64,000 nt of DNA from Harriotta raleighana (Eukaryota). Made by a program: the position numbers and the translations under genes. The stretch covers positions 910,641 through 974,640 of the forward strand of contig JBNZDD010013604.1 in the NCBI GenBank assembly GCA_050575255.1, in the 5' to 3' direction. Positions 37,791-50,822 of the stretch are shown here, in pieces. The notes under the pieces were generated by a model. That model did not search any database. It had not been told where the DNA came from and saw only the letters and a list, made by a program, of their open reading frames with translations. Positions within the stretch are counted from its first letter, which is position 1, and each line of letters starts with the position of its first letter.

Positions 37791-38089
37791 GTGGAGTCCT
37801 GTAGCTCAGTGGTTTGAGCACTCGCCTTGCAAGCGAGAGACCTGGGTTCAATTCCAGGCAGTGCGAAACCTTGGGCAAGTTTCCTTACTCCACTTGCCTG
37901 ATAATAATCTCTAGAAAAAAAATTGGTCATTTCAATCCATCACTGGCTGATTCCACTCTGCACAATTGGCTGCCATGTTTTGCCCACAACCTCACAGTCA
38001 ATTCTCTTTACAGTATATTTTGTGAAGCGCTTTAACGTCTAGAAGATGTGAAAAGCACTGTATCAAATGCAAGAATTATTATTATTATA
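37791..38089 (+). mobile_element. tRNA(Ala)-derived SINE, full length (similar to C. milii SINE2-1-type as recalled)
   Basis: A box, anticodon arm CTCGC-CTTGCAA-GCGAG (TGC), B box GGTTCAATTCC, core, tail and (ATT)n end. Confidence 0.95.
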
Positions 38090-40149
38090 GATGGGCTTGA
38101 TCATGCGATAAAATGCTATATTAAATGCAATATACTATGTTCTTGCTATCATTTAACCCAGCAACTATATATTGTAACACTAAAGCAGTTATACATTCCT
38201 CTGGCAGAGATACCAGATATACTCAGTTACATTTAAATGAAAACTGCCTTAAAGTACTTTAACCCAGAAACAGTGTTAATAGTACTTAATTGTATTGCCT
38301 TAATCTGACAACTGTTTTATATTAGCTAAATATAAAACAGTATTGTGTATCCTCTATCACTTAATCTAACAGGTATTCTAACTATCCTCCCATATTTCCA
38401 ACAACCACTCATATCCTGTATCACCTTCACAAAGCACCAGTACTTTATTACCTTAACCAAAGAAATAGTAGTAACCAATTAATTAATTATTCTTATTCAA
38501 TGAAGTAATCAGATATGTTATGACACAAATTACAATGTGTTTCCTCTCAAGCTGTCTTAACATCTTGATTTTTCCAACTTTGATATTGATGAATATCCAG
38601 GAAATTGCAGAATTTCTAAACTTCTTTTGTGGGAAAAAAAATCTACATTTTAGATTTGATTATTAAATAGAGGAGATTTTTTGGCATGTCCTAATAAACA
38701 TCAGGAAACTCGCACTAAACCTGTTTTATGCTTGAAAATAGAGTAGTCTTGTTGCTTGAGCTACATGGTTTACAACAAAACTCTTGGAGCACTGGTCTGT
38801 CTGTCAGTGTCCAAAACATACATTGACAAAAATGATCATTATTCACAGTGTTAACAGCAAAACCTGATCAAATTAAACATTATCAACTTGTGATTTAATG
38901 AGATGCTGCAACATGAAACAGTATTCAGTCAATTTAATTTCAATAATAAACACTTAAGTATCTCTAGCAGAAAAAAGGTAAAATTACATTAACATTTGAA
39001 AGATATTGGATCTGTGGTGTGTCTTATTTTATCTGGCAATTTCTACTTAACATTTCTCATTTTCAGGATACATGAGTCTTTGCTTCTATCTTATGCAAAA
39101 GTACTACTTGCAGTCTGTTATTGCAATCGCATTTTAAACGTATACAACACTACCTGTCTTTTTCTTTGGAATTGGTGAGAATCTCATTGTTATAGTTGAA
39201 TGTAGGTCTAACTCTCCATACTGTGTGCATTCATTCTGTCCTTTGAGGCTGTCATTTTTATCTGCCTCACCGAACTGCCTCCCCTTGCTGATCTGCCATT
39301 TTCTAATGTATTGCTGTTTTACTTGTATGATTTCTGGTGAGACAATCTTAGACCTGGCTGCCATTCTTTCAGTTACAGAGAAAAGGACTGTCTCTGGTGC
39401 CTACTCTTCAGAAAAAGTTGATTCATGTGTAAATTATCAGTTACCCTTTATTTGTTCGGCCTGTGGAGAGTACACATGCAGATAAAAGGCTCAGAGGGTC
39501 AGGGCTTAGTACATGCATGTTTCTCTTGTGGCCAGAATGACAGTCTTAGCATTGTTGTCAAAGATTACCACAGAGACTGGAAGACCCATCATTATGTGTG
39601 TGGCGTTAGATTTTTATTTTAAGACAATATGACTAAAACAAATTCTAAACAAACCAAGCTGCATATTCAATATACTGATAATAAATTAGAATATTATCAA
39701 TTGGAACTGGTTTGGAAACCATTTTTCCCCCCTAGAGCTTGAGGACTGGTTGTATTTTGGAGTTCTCACTCTCTAATGCTTCCTCCAGTTCCCATTACAA
39801 CTTCATATTGCTTTCAGCCAGGATAACATACAGATAGTGGATTGTAGACTTCAATGGTACTGCTTTCAGATAACACGAGATGTGTTCTGAGTGCCAAGAT
39901 TGGTTCTTTTGCTTTTCCTTCACCCTTTCTCCAATTCAAATTCTTCCAATTAGTAATCCTGTTGAAAATTGTGAAACTGTCCTGGCATAACTGATCATTT
40001 CTTTATATTATGAAGCATAACAAAGGAGGTACAATGGCAAATACCCAATTTATTTCTCAAATGACTTGTCGCAAAGTTGCAGGTAAGTGAAGATTTTCAT
40101 GAGTAGCATTAAGTATTTTTTAAATGGATTATAACAAACTACCTTTAAT

Positions 40150-40700
40150 TGTGTCAAAATAGAAACAGGAGGGGACCACACAACCCACAAAGACTGTTCA
40201 ACCAGTCTGCAGATATTTTAATCTTAATGCCCTTTTGTCATACTCCCCCAAGTACTGTATCTACCTTTTAAACATCCTTATTGATTCTTGCTCTACAGAG
40301 CAGAGCATTCCTCTTCTTCTCAATCCTCTATGTGAAGAAATGCTTCCTCACCTCAGTTTTAGCATTTACCTGAAAATACACACACACTACAATTCACAGT
40401 AAAATACAATAAATAAATAATATTTTTGAGATATCTTAATGACTTGATGAGGCATTATATCAAAATATAAGTATTATTTTTTATTATAACCATCTTAGGT
40501 CTTATTTTAAGACAATGTCCCTTGTAATGGATCCCTCTACAACCAGATCAAAGAGCCATCCACTATCTAATGTGTCAGTCCCTTTCATTAATTTAAATAC
40601 TTCAACCAAATCTTCCCTTAACCTCTTCCTCTCTGAAGACTATATAACCCCAATCTACCTCAGTCCGCACATAGCTTGTTTCTCTCTACAGACCCACCTG
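40150..40700 (-). mobile_element. CR1 3' region, decayed, with a SINE tail remnant at about 40385-40490
   Basis: GAGCATTCC..CTCTATGTGAAGAAATGCTTCCTCACCTCAGT; CCTTTCATTAATTTAAATACTTCAACCAAATCTTCCCTTAACCTCTTCCTCTC is antisense to RKRLREDLVEVFKLMKG. Confidence 0.75.
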
Positions 40701-40836
40701 AATACAAACTTAAAAATCCCTTTATGACTAGCATAAATATTTAGCTCTATACAAAAGCAAAAAAGGTATAATATAGGTGTACGTTATTGGACCATATATA
40801 AAAGGAAGTGCGACCCATTGCACTTTATTTCCATGG

Positions 40837-40910
40837 AACAACAATAACAACAAAATTACATTTATAGAGTGCCATTCATGTCGGAAGGACGTCCCAAGGT
40901 GCTGAACAGT
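40837..40910 (-). mobile_element. L2 tail-only stub
   Basis: (CAA)n AATTACATTTATAGAGTGCC..GGACGTCCCAAGGTGCTGAACAGT. Confidence 0.85.
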
Positions 40911-41293
40911 TAGGTCAGGATCTAAGTAGGAATGAATGTTGAGAGCCAACATAAATCAGTCTAGAAGTTTTACGCCAGTGATCTAAGAGAGGAAAATAGT
41001 TTCATTTAATGTTAACATTAGGTAATCAAATTTACCATATCAAAAAGATTGTTCATCATAATGACAACCAATCTGAGTGAGACATATTATGAAGCAACAC
41101 ATATCCCTATTTTCCCAGACCTTTTCAAGGGATAAGATTTAATTGAATATGTTTGTTGGAAATTTAGAGTACCTTCTAACACCAAGGTCAGTGACACCAG
41201 TGGCCCTTCCGTGTACTTTTGATAAGTAGCCCTTCAATAAGGCTTTAGCAGGAACTCAAATATACGTAGAGGAAAACATCCCTTATTCCATCC

Positions 41294-41361
41294 CAGTACC
41301 TTGGGACATCCTCCCAACGTGAAAGGCGCTCTATCAATGTAATTTTGTTGTTGTTGTTGTT
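41294..41361 (+). mobile_element. L2 tail-only stub
   Basis: CCTTGGGACATCCTCCCAACGTGAAAGGCGCTCTATCAATGTAATT(TTG)n. Confidence 0.88.
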
Positions 41362-41653
41362 ATTTTGAAACCACTTCCAGTGCCTTTTATTGCTTAGGAC
41401 ATGATCTCCCAAGGCTGTCAAATTCATAGTCCATGTCTTGCTGACCAATACTACAAAAGTTTATTGACATATTTGAAAATCCTCATTCCTTCCAGTAATA
41501 CCCCTATTCATTTTGTTTTAGTTATTAAAGTCACAAATATATTTTCAATTCCATGCATTTGTCAGTTTCCATATAAATATGATACAGTTGTACAATTTAG
41601 TTGCCATAGCAGATCTTCTGGTTCATTAGACACACCAAATTTTTACTGTGGCA

Positions 41654-41708
41654 AACAACAACAACAAAATTACACTTGTATAACGTCTTTCACATCATGA
41701 GGGAGGAT
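41654..41708 (-). mobile_element. L2 tail-only stub
   Basis: (CAA)n AATTACACTTGTATAACGTCTTTCACATCA. Confidence 0.7.
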
Positions 41709-42145
41709 AAACGGAAAAAGGAGACTGACTCGTATTTTTTGAATACGTTGAATTTCTCCCCAAAACATAATCAATCAGAGAAATCACTATGGAAACAGAA
41801 GTCTCTACCTAGCAGTTAGGACACAATTAAAGTCCTAACCTGTGTGACCAATGATTGGTCAGGCAACAAGATTTTGCTTATCAAGATCACAAAGCTGAAA
41901 ATTCTGATTTTATCATTGACAATGAGAACTCACTGGCCACTGATGTTTACACAATGTCATTGACCTAGATGAGGAGAGACCCTGAAGTCAACCGCAGAAA
42001 AAAGTTACAGCTAGTTTATGATTAACTTTACAAAAACGCATTTAAATTACTTAAATTTGAAGTAAGTGTACACTATTTGTTGGGTTTTACCTTAAAATCC
42101 CAAATTTACAGTAATTCCTGTAAAAGCTATTGTAAAAGATGTAAA

Positions 42146-42216
42146 ATTCTGTGAAATGTTTTGAGAAGTGCTGCTGTCTGTGAAAGGCGTGATATCAAAT
42201 GCAAGGATTATTATAA
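42146..42216 (+). mobile_element. SINE 3' tail fragment
   Basis: TTCTGTGAAATGTTTTGAGA..GTGAAAGGCGTGATATCAAATGCAAGGATTATT. Confidence 0.7.
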
Positions 42217-43137
42217 TTGAATAGGATCATTCATGATAGGAAAATATCTCGCAAAATACTACCTCACAAAGTACACATTTTGACAGAATAAAAATCATTT
42301 GTAGTCAGATTATTGTGAAATGATGTGTATTTCTAATTCATGGTGATCAATTATAGTTATTTCCTGGAAAGGTAGATTCCACCTGATTAGAGTAATTTAT
42401 TTCTTATCCTAAATTCAAACAATCAAGCAAATAATGTAAAAATTTAAATCATGCAATTTGTACCATCTATTATTATCAAAAACACATTTTATGTTTTTCA
42501 TAGTGATCAAATGCACATAATCTCCCTAATTTGACAATATTACCAAAATATCAGAAGTAATTACATTAAGTTATATTGCTACAACTGCTAATATAAATTC
42601 AGTTTTCTAGTGATATTTTTCATTTTGTGTATTTTTGCAAATGTACATTTCATCAGAGTGAGAGTGCTATTAGCACTTTATATTTACTATTGGCATTTTA
42701 TGGTGAAAATATATTTTTATATTTTTAAATATATATATTTATCTTTATATGTTTTTTCACGTACATTCCTTCGCCCCAACTTTGTTGTTTTTTCCCATGC
42801 TCTGTACCATTCCACTTTGATAATGTAGGTAGCTGACCTGCACCAGTGCAACTGGATAACCATCTGCCAGGAGGTGGGGCCAAGGTGATTCTCTCTGTGA
42901 TTTTCCCCTTCTCCATCTGGGAAAGTGTCTGGCCTTTGTTCAATGTTTCATCACAATAGCAAGGCAACGATCAGGAATTCAGCTCACAGGAAAATCATGA
43001 ACATGAATAAACCCATGTCCCATATTTTTCCCAGCTTTTGAAATTCCTCCACCACATTGCCCATTATCTTTCTAACGACTGACTCTTTACCTTGAGTATT
43101 AATCTGTGTTTTGACATTGGAATACACAATGTAATAC

Positions 43138-43273
43138 AGTGGAGTCTTGTGCTCCAGTAGTTAAGAACGGACAAAAAATATTAATGGAACAAATAGTTAT
43201 ACTGTTACGGTCTAAGAAGAAAAGCTTAAAGAAAAGTGAAATCTTTATGCCAAATGTAAAGATTATTATTATA
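43138..43273 (+). mobile_element. Highly decayed, internally deleted SINE
   Basis: Starts GTGGAGTCTTGT..CAGTAGTTAAGA and ends CAAATGTAAAGATTATTATT. Confidence 0.4.
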
Positions 43274-45125
43274 TGAGTTTGGGCGTGTAAACGTTTGATA
43301 TTCCACGTGTTGTCTAAACTATAATTGTATGTTTAGAATATTAGATTGATAGGATACAATCTTAAATATTGTAACTGTACTTTAGGTTTATACAGACTAG
43401 CTTTGTTTGAAAAGTGTGGAAAATCATGATTACATTAAGATTTTAAACATCTCTTTAGTAATGGAATACTTTGTTTTAAATAGTGTTGAATATCAGAAGC
43501 AGTTGACTGTATGATATTTGCAGATGATTTTTAGTTAATCCAACTGTGACAGATTGTAAATATACATTTCATCAACCGCTGTGTAAATTTGACATATTAA
43601 TCCCACAATTTTGCTTTTGCGGCATTATTTGCTAATGTGTTTGAATTATTTATCCACATTGGTGTTTGTGAGGTTTTCCATTTAAACCATTACTCTCCAG
43701 ATTCTGAATCTGGTTCTTATTTAATGATCCAAAGTCAGGTCCTGTGACTGAAACCATTTTACTCTGGTTTACAAAATTAAGATTTGATCAGTTTCATATT
43801 GAGAACAGCCAAATGTTCATAGTAAGTCAGAGCCATGCTAACATAAAGAATTATCAGATCTTATCATATTATTTAACCCCTGTTAGCTAAAAAAAAGTGT
43901 GACTGGTTTACACAAATCAACAGCAAAGGTATAAATAAAAGTTAGTGACAAGTAAAACTGTATAGTTTTATTTATTAAACACACCTCTGATCAGAATACA
44001 TTGATTATCATTTGAAAAAAGTTGGTTACTTCTGAAATAATAATGCTTAACTGGTTCAATTTTTACTCATCTCGATCTTTCATTAGACTCAGTTTTCTTT
44101 GATTATTGTGTTCTCTCTGGCCACATATAGAATTCCTCAGTTAAAAGCAATCCCTCTCAAAAATGTTTAAATGTGAAATATAACGTCTTATCCAACCACT
44201 GCCCAACTTGAGTAGAAATTGTCAGCTATTCTTCACCCGTGGCATTTTTTTTCACACTCCATTAACATTCATTAAATGTTGTACAAAGCGTTTGATATAG
44301 TAAGCACTATTCTTGCATTTTATACAGTGTACCCCAATGAGTCCGTCATGAAATGTTGGCCCTCTTCCACCTTTTACTACAAGTCAGAGAAAACATTTTT
44401 ATTTGCCAGGTCTTTGGGTTAAGGTTTGGGGGATTTAGGGTCAGTGGGGGGGTTCTGATTCATTGTCATGCCCAAGAATATCCAATTCAAACCAGGTTTT
44501 CCAAGTATGTATGCCACCTTATACAGTACATTGAAATTTCTCTGTCTGGACTAGAGTGGGCATTCTATCCCCAGGGGGACTGCACCCCACTTAACTATTT
44601 CTAGGCTTTAGGAATCCCAGAGTGTGTGTTGGAGTACTAGTGGAGTTTAATCATTTAAAATAACATACCTTAAACTTAAAATAAACACCGGCACAAATCT
44701 TTCAAAAATCACTGAACACTGGAGAGGTGCTAGAGAACTAGAAAAAGACAGATGTTACTTCTGTCTATAAAAAGATAACAAAAGTGACCCAGGAAACTAC
44801 TGACCAGTAAGTTTCTCTTCCATTGTGGGTAAAACTATGGAGACTCCTATTAAGGATAAAAGTATGGAGCATCTGGACAGAAATGAAATCATAAATGATA
44901 CCCAGTATGTATCCAATTTACCAATCCAATTTACTGGTTTCCTTTGATGGTATAACAAGGGAGCTTGATAAGGGTAAGGCTGTGGTTGTTGTATATCTGG
45001 ATTTCAGTAAGGCTTTTGATACAGTTCCTCTTGAGAGGCCGGTACTGAAAGTAAAAAAAAAAGGCTGGAATCAGTAGAGGTATATTAATATAAGAGATAT
45101 AAGAGCTCTCTCGGGTGACAAAGCT

Positions 45126-45257
45126 GAGGAGTACTGTAGCTCATGAGAGACCTGGATTTGAGTCCCAGCAGGACAAAATCTTGGGTAAATTTCCTTACTT
45201 CACATGCCTGATAATATTCCCTCAAGAATATTTTTTTTTTTAAATTGGTCAATTCAC
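45126..45257 (+). mobile_element. tRNA-SINE 5' fragment inside the CR1 element
   Basis: GGAGTACTGTAGCTCA..GAGAGACCTGG..TTTCCTTACTTCACATGCCTGATAAT. Confidence 0.85.
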
Positions 45258-45884
45258 AATAAATTGAAGCTATCCCAGCAATGCTCTGGAGGAGTGTGTA
45301 CCGCAAACCAGATGTTGAGATTTATCAAAAGATCAATAGCAAGTCAAAATAGTGGGGTGATCCTGCCACTGTATAAACCATTGGTGAGACCTTACAGAGT
45401 ATAGTTCTGGTTGTCGCAGTACAAAAAGGAATGTTGGAGAAATCGAGAAGATACAGAGGAGGGCAACAAAAATTAGTGAGGGAATGGAAGGACTGGACTA
45501 TGAGGAGCAACTAAGTGTTCATGCTGGAAAAGAGAAGATTAAGAGGCAACATCATTGCTATCTTTAAGATTCTGAAGGGGGTAGACAATATAGATCATGG
45601 CAGCCTGTTTCAAATATTCCAGAATAGTAGAAGCAGAGGACATAGCCTGTGATTGAAGTGGGGAGTGGGGGGTAAATTCAGAACAAATCTGCATAAATTC
45701 TATTTTAGTGAGTGAATGACGAACCTGTGGAACAGGCTTCAGAGGTAGATGGTTGAAGCAGCAAGTACTGTATTGTTTATTTCAAACATAGTTTAGATCT
45801 TTTTCTTCTAGTAAATAACATTGTCGGAAGTAAGTAGTTTGGGACATATATGTATGCGACCACCAGGAAGGTGAAAGGGGAACT

Positions 45885-45960
45885 ACAACAATAACAACAA
45901 CAAAATTGCATTTATAGAGCGCGTTTCACGTCAGGAGGATGTCCCAAGGCGCTGGACAGT
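45885..45960 (-). mobile_element. L2 tail-only stub inside the CR1 3' UTR
   Basis: (CAA)n AATTGCATTTATAGAGCGCGTTTCACGTCAGGAGGATGTCCCAAGGCGCTGGACAGT. Confidence 0.9.
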
Positions 45961-46689
45961 TGGTTTAAGATGGACCTTGGTCTTTTTTCAGTTAGCATTT
46001 TAGTTCTTATGTTAAATAACTTGACATAAGAGCATTATTTGGCAAGCTTGTCCAGTTAGAACCACCCCATGCACCAGGATAAAAGAACCGAAGGGGAAGA
46101 ATCCCTGCCTCCAAGCCAAACAACATTGGCTAATCTGTTATCAACAGTGAGAGCACTAAAGACTTATCTGACTCAGGAAGTGGATAACTATCATTACATA
46201 GGATCGACAATGCAAAGGATTGATTTTCAATTGGCAGGAATGTCAACTTGAAGTCATGGCCCAAGAAAACTCCACTTGCCTTTTACTCCTATCCCCCTCC
46301 CCTCCCCCCACCCCCCACCCCAAGATTGTCACCAGCTGGTCATTAGGCAAATGCAGGTTTGAGGTCTTACTCTCAAATTTTGAAAAAATATGTATTCAAA
46401 TTCAAATTGAGTATTATTAAAATATTTGATTCTTACCAAAATTGACTTCCACATGTCCATCAATTCCAAAAAGATGATAACTGCCAGCCCCTTTGATTGG
46501 AGTACAATATTGTGCATGCCATTGCTTCCAGGAAGAACAAAGCATAGGCTAAAAATGCTTACTATTCCTTAATGCTTTCTCTGGACACATACCAATATGA
46601 TCACAAGCCCTTCTCTTGCTGCACACACTCCTGCAAGAAAAAATAAGCAAAAGTTTAGGAGAAACGTCTTTAGGCAGAGGAAGATTAGA

Positions 46690-46895
46690 ATGTGGAAGCT
46701 ACTGGTAAAAACTATGATACAAGCATAAAGCATTGCTAAAGAGGAAACTTGATACAATACTTACAAAGGAGAGAAGGGAATAGAGGGATATAGCAGAGAA
46801 CAGGAGTGAAGTCTTATGGCGTATAAACCCAGGCACAGACTAGTTCAGCTTAACGTGGGGTCTGTGTCCATGCTGTATCATTCTATGTAGTTCTG
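46690..46895 (+). mobile_element. CR1 3' end
   Basis: AAGGGAATAGAGGGATAT..GGCGTATAAACCCAGGCACAGACTAGTT..TGTGTCCATGCTGTATCATTCTATGT. Confidence 0.7.
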
Positions 46896-47239
46896 TGAAG
46901 GAGAAAAAGAATCATCCTACAGTCTCCCAATTTTGTGTTAATTCTAATTGTAAGGTCTAAGAAGCACTCTACCTGTGTCACCGGTGAATGCCCATTGGCA
47001 AAAACATCTCCAACATAAACAGCATTTTCTCCAGGTAATCCTCTATTAAGACTAAATTCCTGACATCTTGTGACTGCCTGCTATACAGCGATTTCAAGAG
47101 AGAAAATATGTTTATCTGATATTTATTTACAGCCAACATGCAGTTATGAGCCAGATACAGTGCTTTGTAAATCTAAGGGCATTTTATTGACTGTTGTAAG
47201 ACCAAGGACCTCCGGATTGGCTTGTGCCAATGCTTCTGC

Positions 47240-47873
47240 ACCTCAGGCACTGGCAGCCATTAGCATCCATGGATGCACACTCCACCTCACCAAGCTAGTC
47301 AGGAACCTGGGCATCTTGTTCAACCCTCAACAGTCTTTTCTCCACCATATCCATGCCATGGCCTGCTCTGCTTTTCTCCACCTCCAAAACATTGCCCATC
47401 TCCACCACTGCCTCACCTCTCAGGCTTTTAAAATCTCATACATACCTTCATTACACCTAGGCTCGATTATGCATGTTGGTTATCCCAACTCTTCCCTCCA
47501 CAAGTTGCAGGTCATCCAGAACTCTGCAGCTGTTGTCCTCTCCTGCACCAGGCTCTGTGACCCCATCAGCCCCACCGTTGCTCAGCTCCACTGTCTCCCC
47601 ATCCCTCAGAGGTCAAGTTAAAAAGCCTCTACCCCACCCTCTGGCCCTCTATTGAGATTCCCTTCACCTCATTCCCTCCCTTGCCTCCTTGAAGGCATGT
47701 CTCATCCTCTTCAACCCTCCTTTTAGCCACCCTCTCTCCCTTTACCCTCCTTGATCCCAAACCCAGCCCCCTTCCCCCCACTGGCTCGGGTCCTAAATGA
47801 CCATGACTGTACAGCCCATTGGGACATCCTCCTGACATGAAAGGCTTCACAGATGTAATTTTGTATTGTATTG
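47240..47873 (+). mobile_element. L2 LINE RT C-terminus and 3' end (explains ORF 47070-47621)
   Basis: VRNLGILFNPQQSFLHHIH..AFLHLQNIAHL..LHKLQVIQNSAAVVL..DPISPTVAQLHCLPI, then tail GGGACATCCTCCTGACATGAAAGG. Confidence 0.93.
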
Positions 47874-50822
47874 GAGTGCAGTGGAGAATTAGTTCAACAA
47901 ATTAAACAAAGCATAATCTTTTCAAGAAGAGATTGACCTGAACTCAAGGTTTCTTAGAATGATAATAGGGATCATGTCAGCTACATACAGTAGTTATGGA
48001 TTATCACTTATTTTGGATATTGGCCCCGTGAAATCTTGCATATCTGGTGATGAACCAATTATTAAACCTGAGTCATTAGCCTGAAGGAACTCTTCAATTA
48101 GCCATCCCTCTGTCACTGAGGTCCATGAGGACAGAGTCACTGCATCTTGCCACTGATGATGTTTGCATTTGATATCAGCAGTGGGCAGGTCATTTGAATT
48201 AGAGAATAAAACCATATCTAGATCCTCAGGGGACACAGGCAGCTTCGGGAACAACATCTGTGTTCCACAATTCCTCATTACCAGGTTGTAAGAGTTAAAT
48301 GCAAGATATCAAGGACCAACTCACCAGAGACATACTTGTCATGGAATCCAGTTCAAGGAAAGCCATGCCACTTCTGCTGATGAAATCAAAGGTGAATCGT
48401 CAAATATACTTAAAGTACCATTGAAATGTTGTGGTAGTTAGACAGTATCACAGTAGTGAAACACATCATCAAGTAGGAAAGGTTAAACTCCCTGACCTTT
48501 TGCAAGGATTCTCTCAAGGATCAGTATGGACAGCCACAAAATGCCTCTAACAGCCAAGTGCACAGATCACTCTGAGAGACCCGTTCAGTCTAACAATGAT
48601 CAGAAGTGGATTCTGCGTTGGGAGGTTAACACTATGATTCTTGTGCAAGTGAAAACACAATTGAAAACCTTATGCTTGAGGCGCAAAGCCCACAGATTCA
48701 CTCCCATGATTACTCAGCAGAGCCTATATTCTTCTCCACAGGGAGTATGAGGGAATCAGAGAGCCATCACCACATGCTGCTCTTAAATAACTCAATAGAG
48801 CAACTTTTGTAGAAGCCTGGGAGCAACCGCAAGCAGTATAGCATAGGAGATTTTTTCAGCACAAGGATAGGAGTGCTATTTTTAGTGGCAAGGTTGTGAA
48901 CAAAGCATTTTATCTATTCAGCAAAGGACTCGTGAAATAGGTGATCGAGGTTTCTGTCCTTTGCCCAGGTATTGAATCTGCACACAAACAGCATCAAATC
49001 CATGAAAATGAGAATTCTGACACCAATATTAAATGTACTAGCAGATAACCATTGGTTAGCTTCAGCTCTCAAAGGATGTCTTCTGCCTGCAAATACTCAA
49101 TAGGAGTTCTGTTCAAAATAAAAACTAGCTAAAAACACAATATGAAAACGTAAATGAATTACTAAAAGAACTTCCCATCACTCCAGAATCTTTCTCCCCT
49201 AGAACGTCCAAAACTAAATCCTCTGTGTTGAATATCATACGGTACAAAGACATAATTTCTGCTCCAACATAATTTCTTTAAATGTGGAGGCTGGCATCAA
49301 GCATGCTAGCAAACTTCTTCATTCATTGAACTGTATTGGTGTTGTCAAGTATTGAATCGTTGTCATCCTCCCTGTACCTGTTTGCCTGTGCCATGATTTA
49401 GCCTACTCTTTTTTCTCATTTTTCCCTTATTATCAGTTGCAATTGTATATACCTTATATTGTAAATGTATACAATGATCTGAGGTATAATTTTGCACCAG
49501 TTATAAACAATATAATCTCCCTGATACAGATCTAAACATTTGCTGCTTTGAAGTGCCATTTGACCTCAGCAACAGCATTCCAGGACAATTTGATCTCTGA
49601 ATCTTGGGCAAGTTTCTAGATCTATCCACTTGAGTAATTCCCAGTGACACTTGCACTTTAATTTGAGTTCCAAAGTCCATCAACAATCATCATGTGCAAT
49701 TCCATTTAACTGAAGAAATGGAGTACTTCAAATAAAAGAGTAAATATTAGGCTGAGACCAACATCCAGCTTGCTTTCGTGGGGAAATACTTTCATCAAAT
49801 CTATGATAAAAGGAATAGAGCTGGTTTATTTGTAGAAATCCCTTAAACAATTCTGAGCTTCTGAGCAACGTCCAGCTTCTGTTTGAGAATTTGCCCTTTG
49901 TGGGCAAACAAAATCATCATTGATTGGAATGAAGCTGCAGAATGTTTGGGTATTTTTGCACTATGTAGATTATCTTTGTGGAGATGATGCTTTGTATGCT
50001 GATAACTTTAGTGTAATTTGTTATATAAACCCACATAATTATTGATACATATTACAGTGTAGAAGAAGCCTAATAAATCTATGCTGGCCTAGCTCCTCCA
50101 CTGAAGTTAAGTACTGTATTGTAAAGCCAATTTCCTGTATTCTCAGTATACATTGTAAAATTGTGCTAAACTTCATTGAAGATGAGTTTACAATCTTCTG
50201 TACCCTTCTAATAAAACCATTGTATTTTATTTGTCACATGGACAGACAGCACATTTATATTAATCCTTTGCTTCTAAACTGAAAGGGCAGGATGTTTTCC
50301 TTTGAAATTAACTTAAATTTCCAATTTTAAAAAATGTTATGAGTTTAAACCTCTTAACTAACACAGTGATCGTGTGGTATTTACAATCGGGCAGTTTTGG
50401 AAATATCTCTGAGACTCTGAATACCTATGTGCTACTGAATTGGATATGCTGCTTGCGTGTGCCCAAATTAATATCTACTCTTTGAAAATTTAGCTGAAGC
50501 ATTGAAACTCTTAATTAACTACACTATGTACTGTATTTGCAGATCTGAATTATTTAAAACATTTTTGAAGGTTAAAGCATTTTAAAAGTTGGTTTGCAAC
50601 AAAATAGCTAGGTCAGTGTCAAAATGTTGGTGATTATCTTTTGAGTCACATCTTTATTTTTGGAAGAGATGTGGCCTCAGGCTATGATGAGTGTTTCTCC
50701 TTCCCTGTGACTTGTAGTCATGTGTAGAAAAAGATTACTCGCAATTGCAATCTCTAACCTGTAAAGTTACTTTAATTTTGATGATAAAAATGCAGATTAA
50801 CCAGGATCAAAAGTTGATTGTT

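Larger units (their letters stand above)
44688..46015 (+). mobile_element. CR1 LINE ORF2 RT plus 3' end, decayed and internally deleted
   Basis: KSLNTGEV..KSDPGNY*PVS..IVGKTME; NLLVSFDGITRELDKGKAVVVVYLDFSKAFDTVP; ANQMLRFIKRSIAS..ILPLYKPLVRP; LEKRRLRGNIIAIFKILKG; SRGHSL; NLWNRL. Confidence 0.95.

Noticed and set aside
37791-37860. tRNA-Ala(TGC) gene (and similar heads elsewhere)
   Set aside because: It has no canonical acceptor stem or terminator, and it continues into a SINE body repeated many times in the window.
47070-47621. Longest ORF (183 aa) as a host gene
   Set aside because: It is a decayed L2 RT C-terminus that continues into an L2 3' tail.
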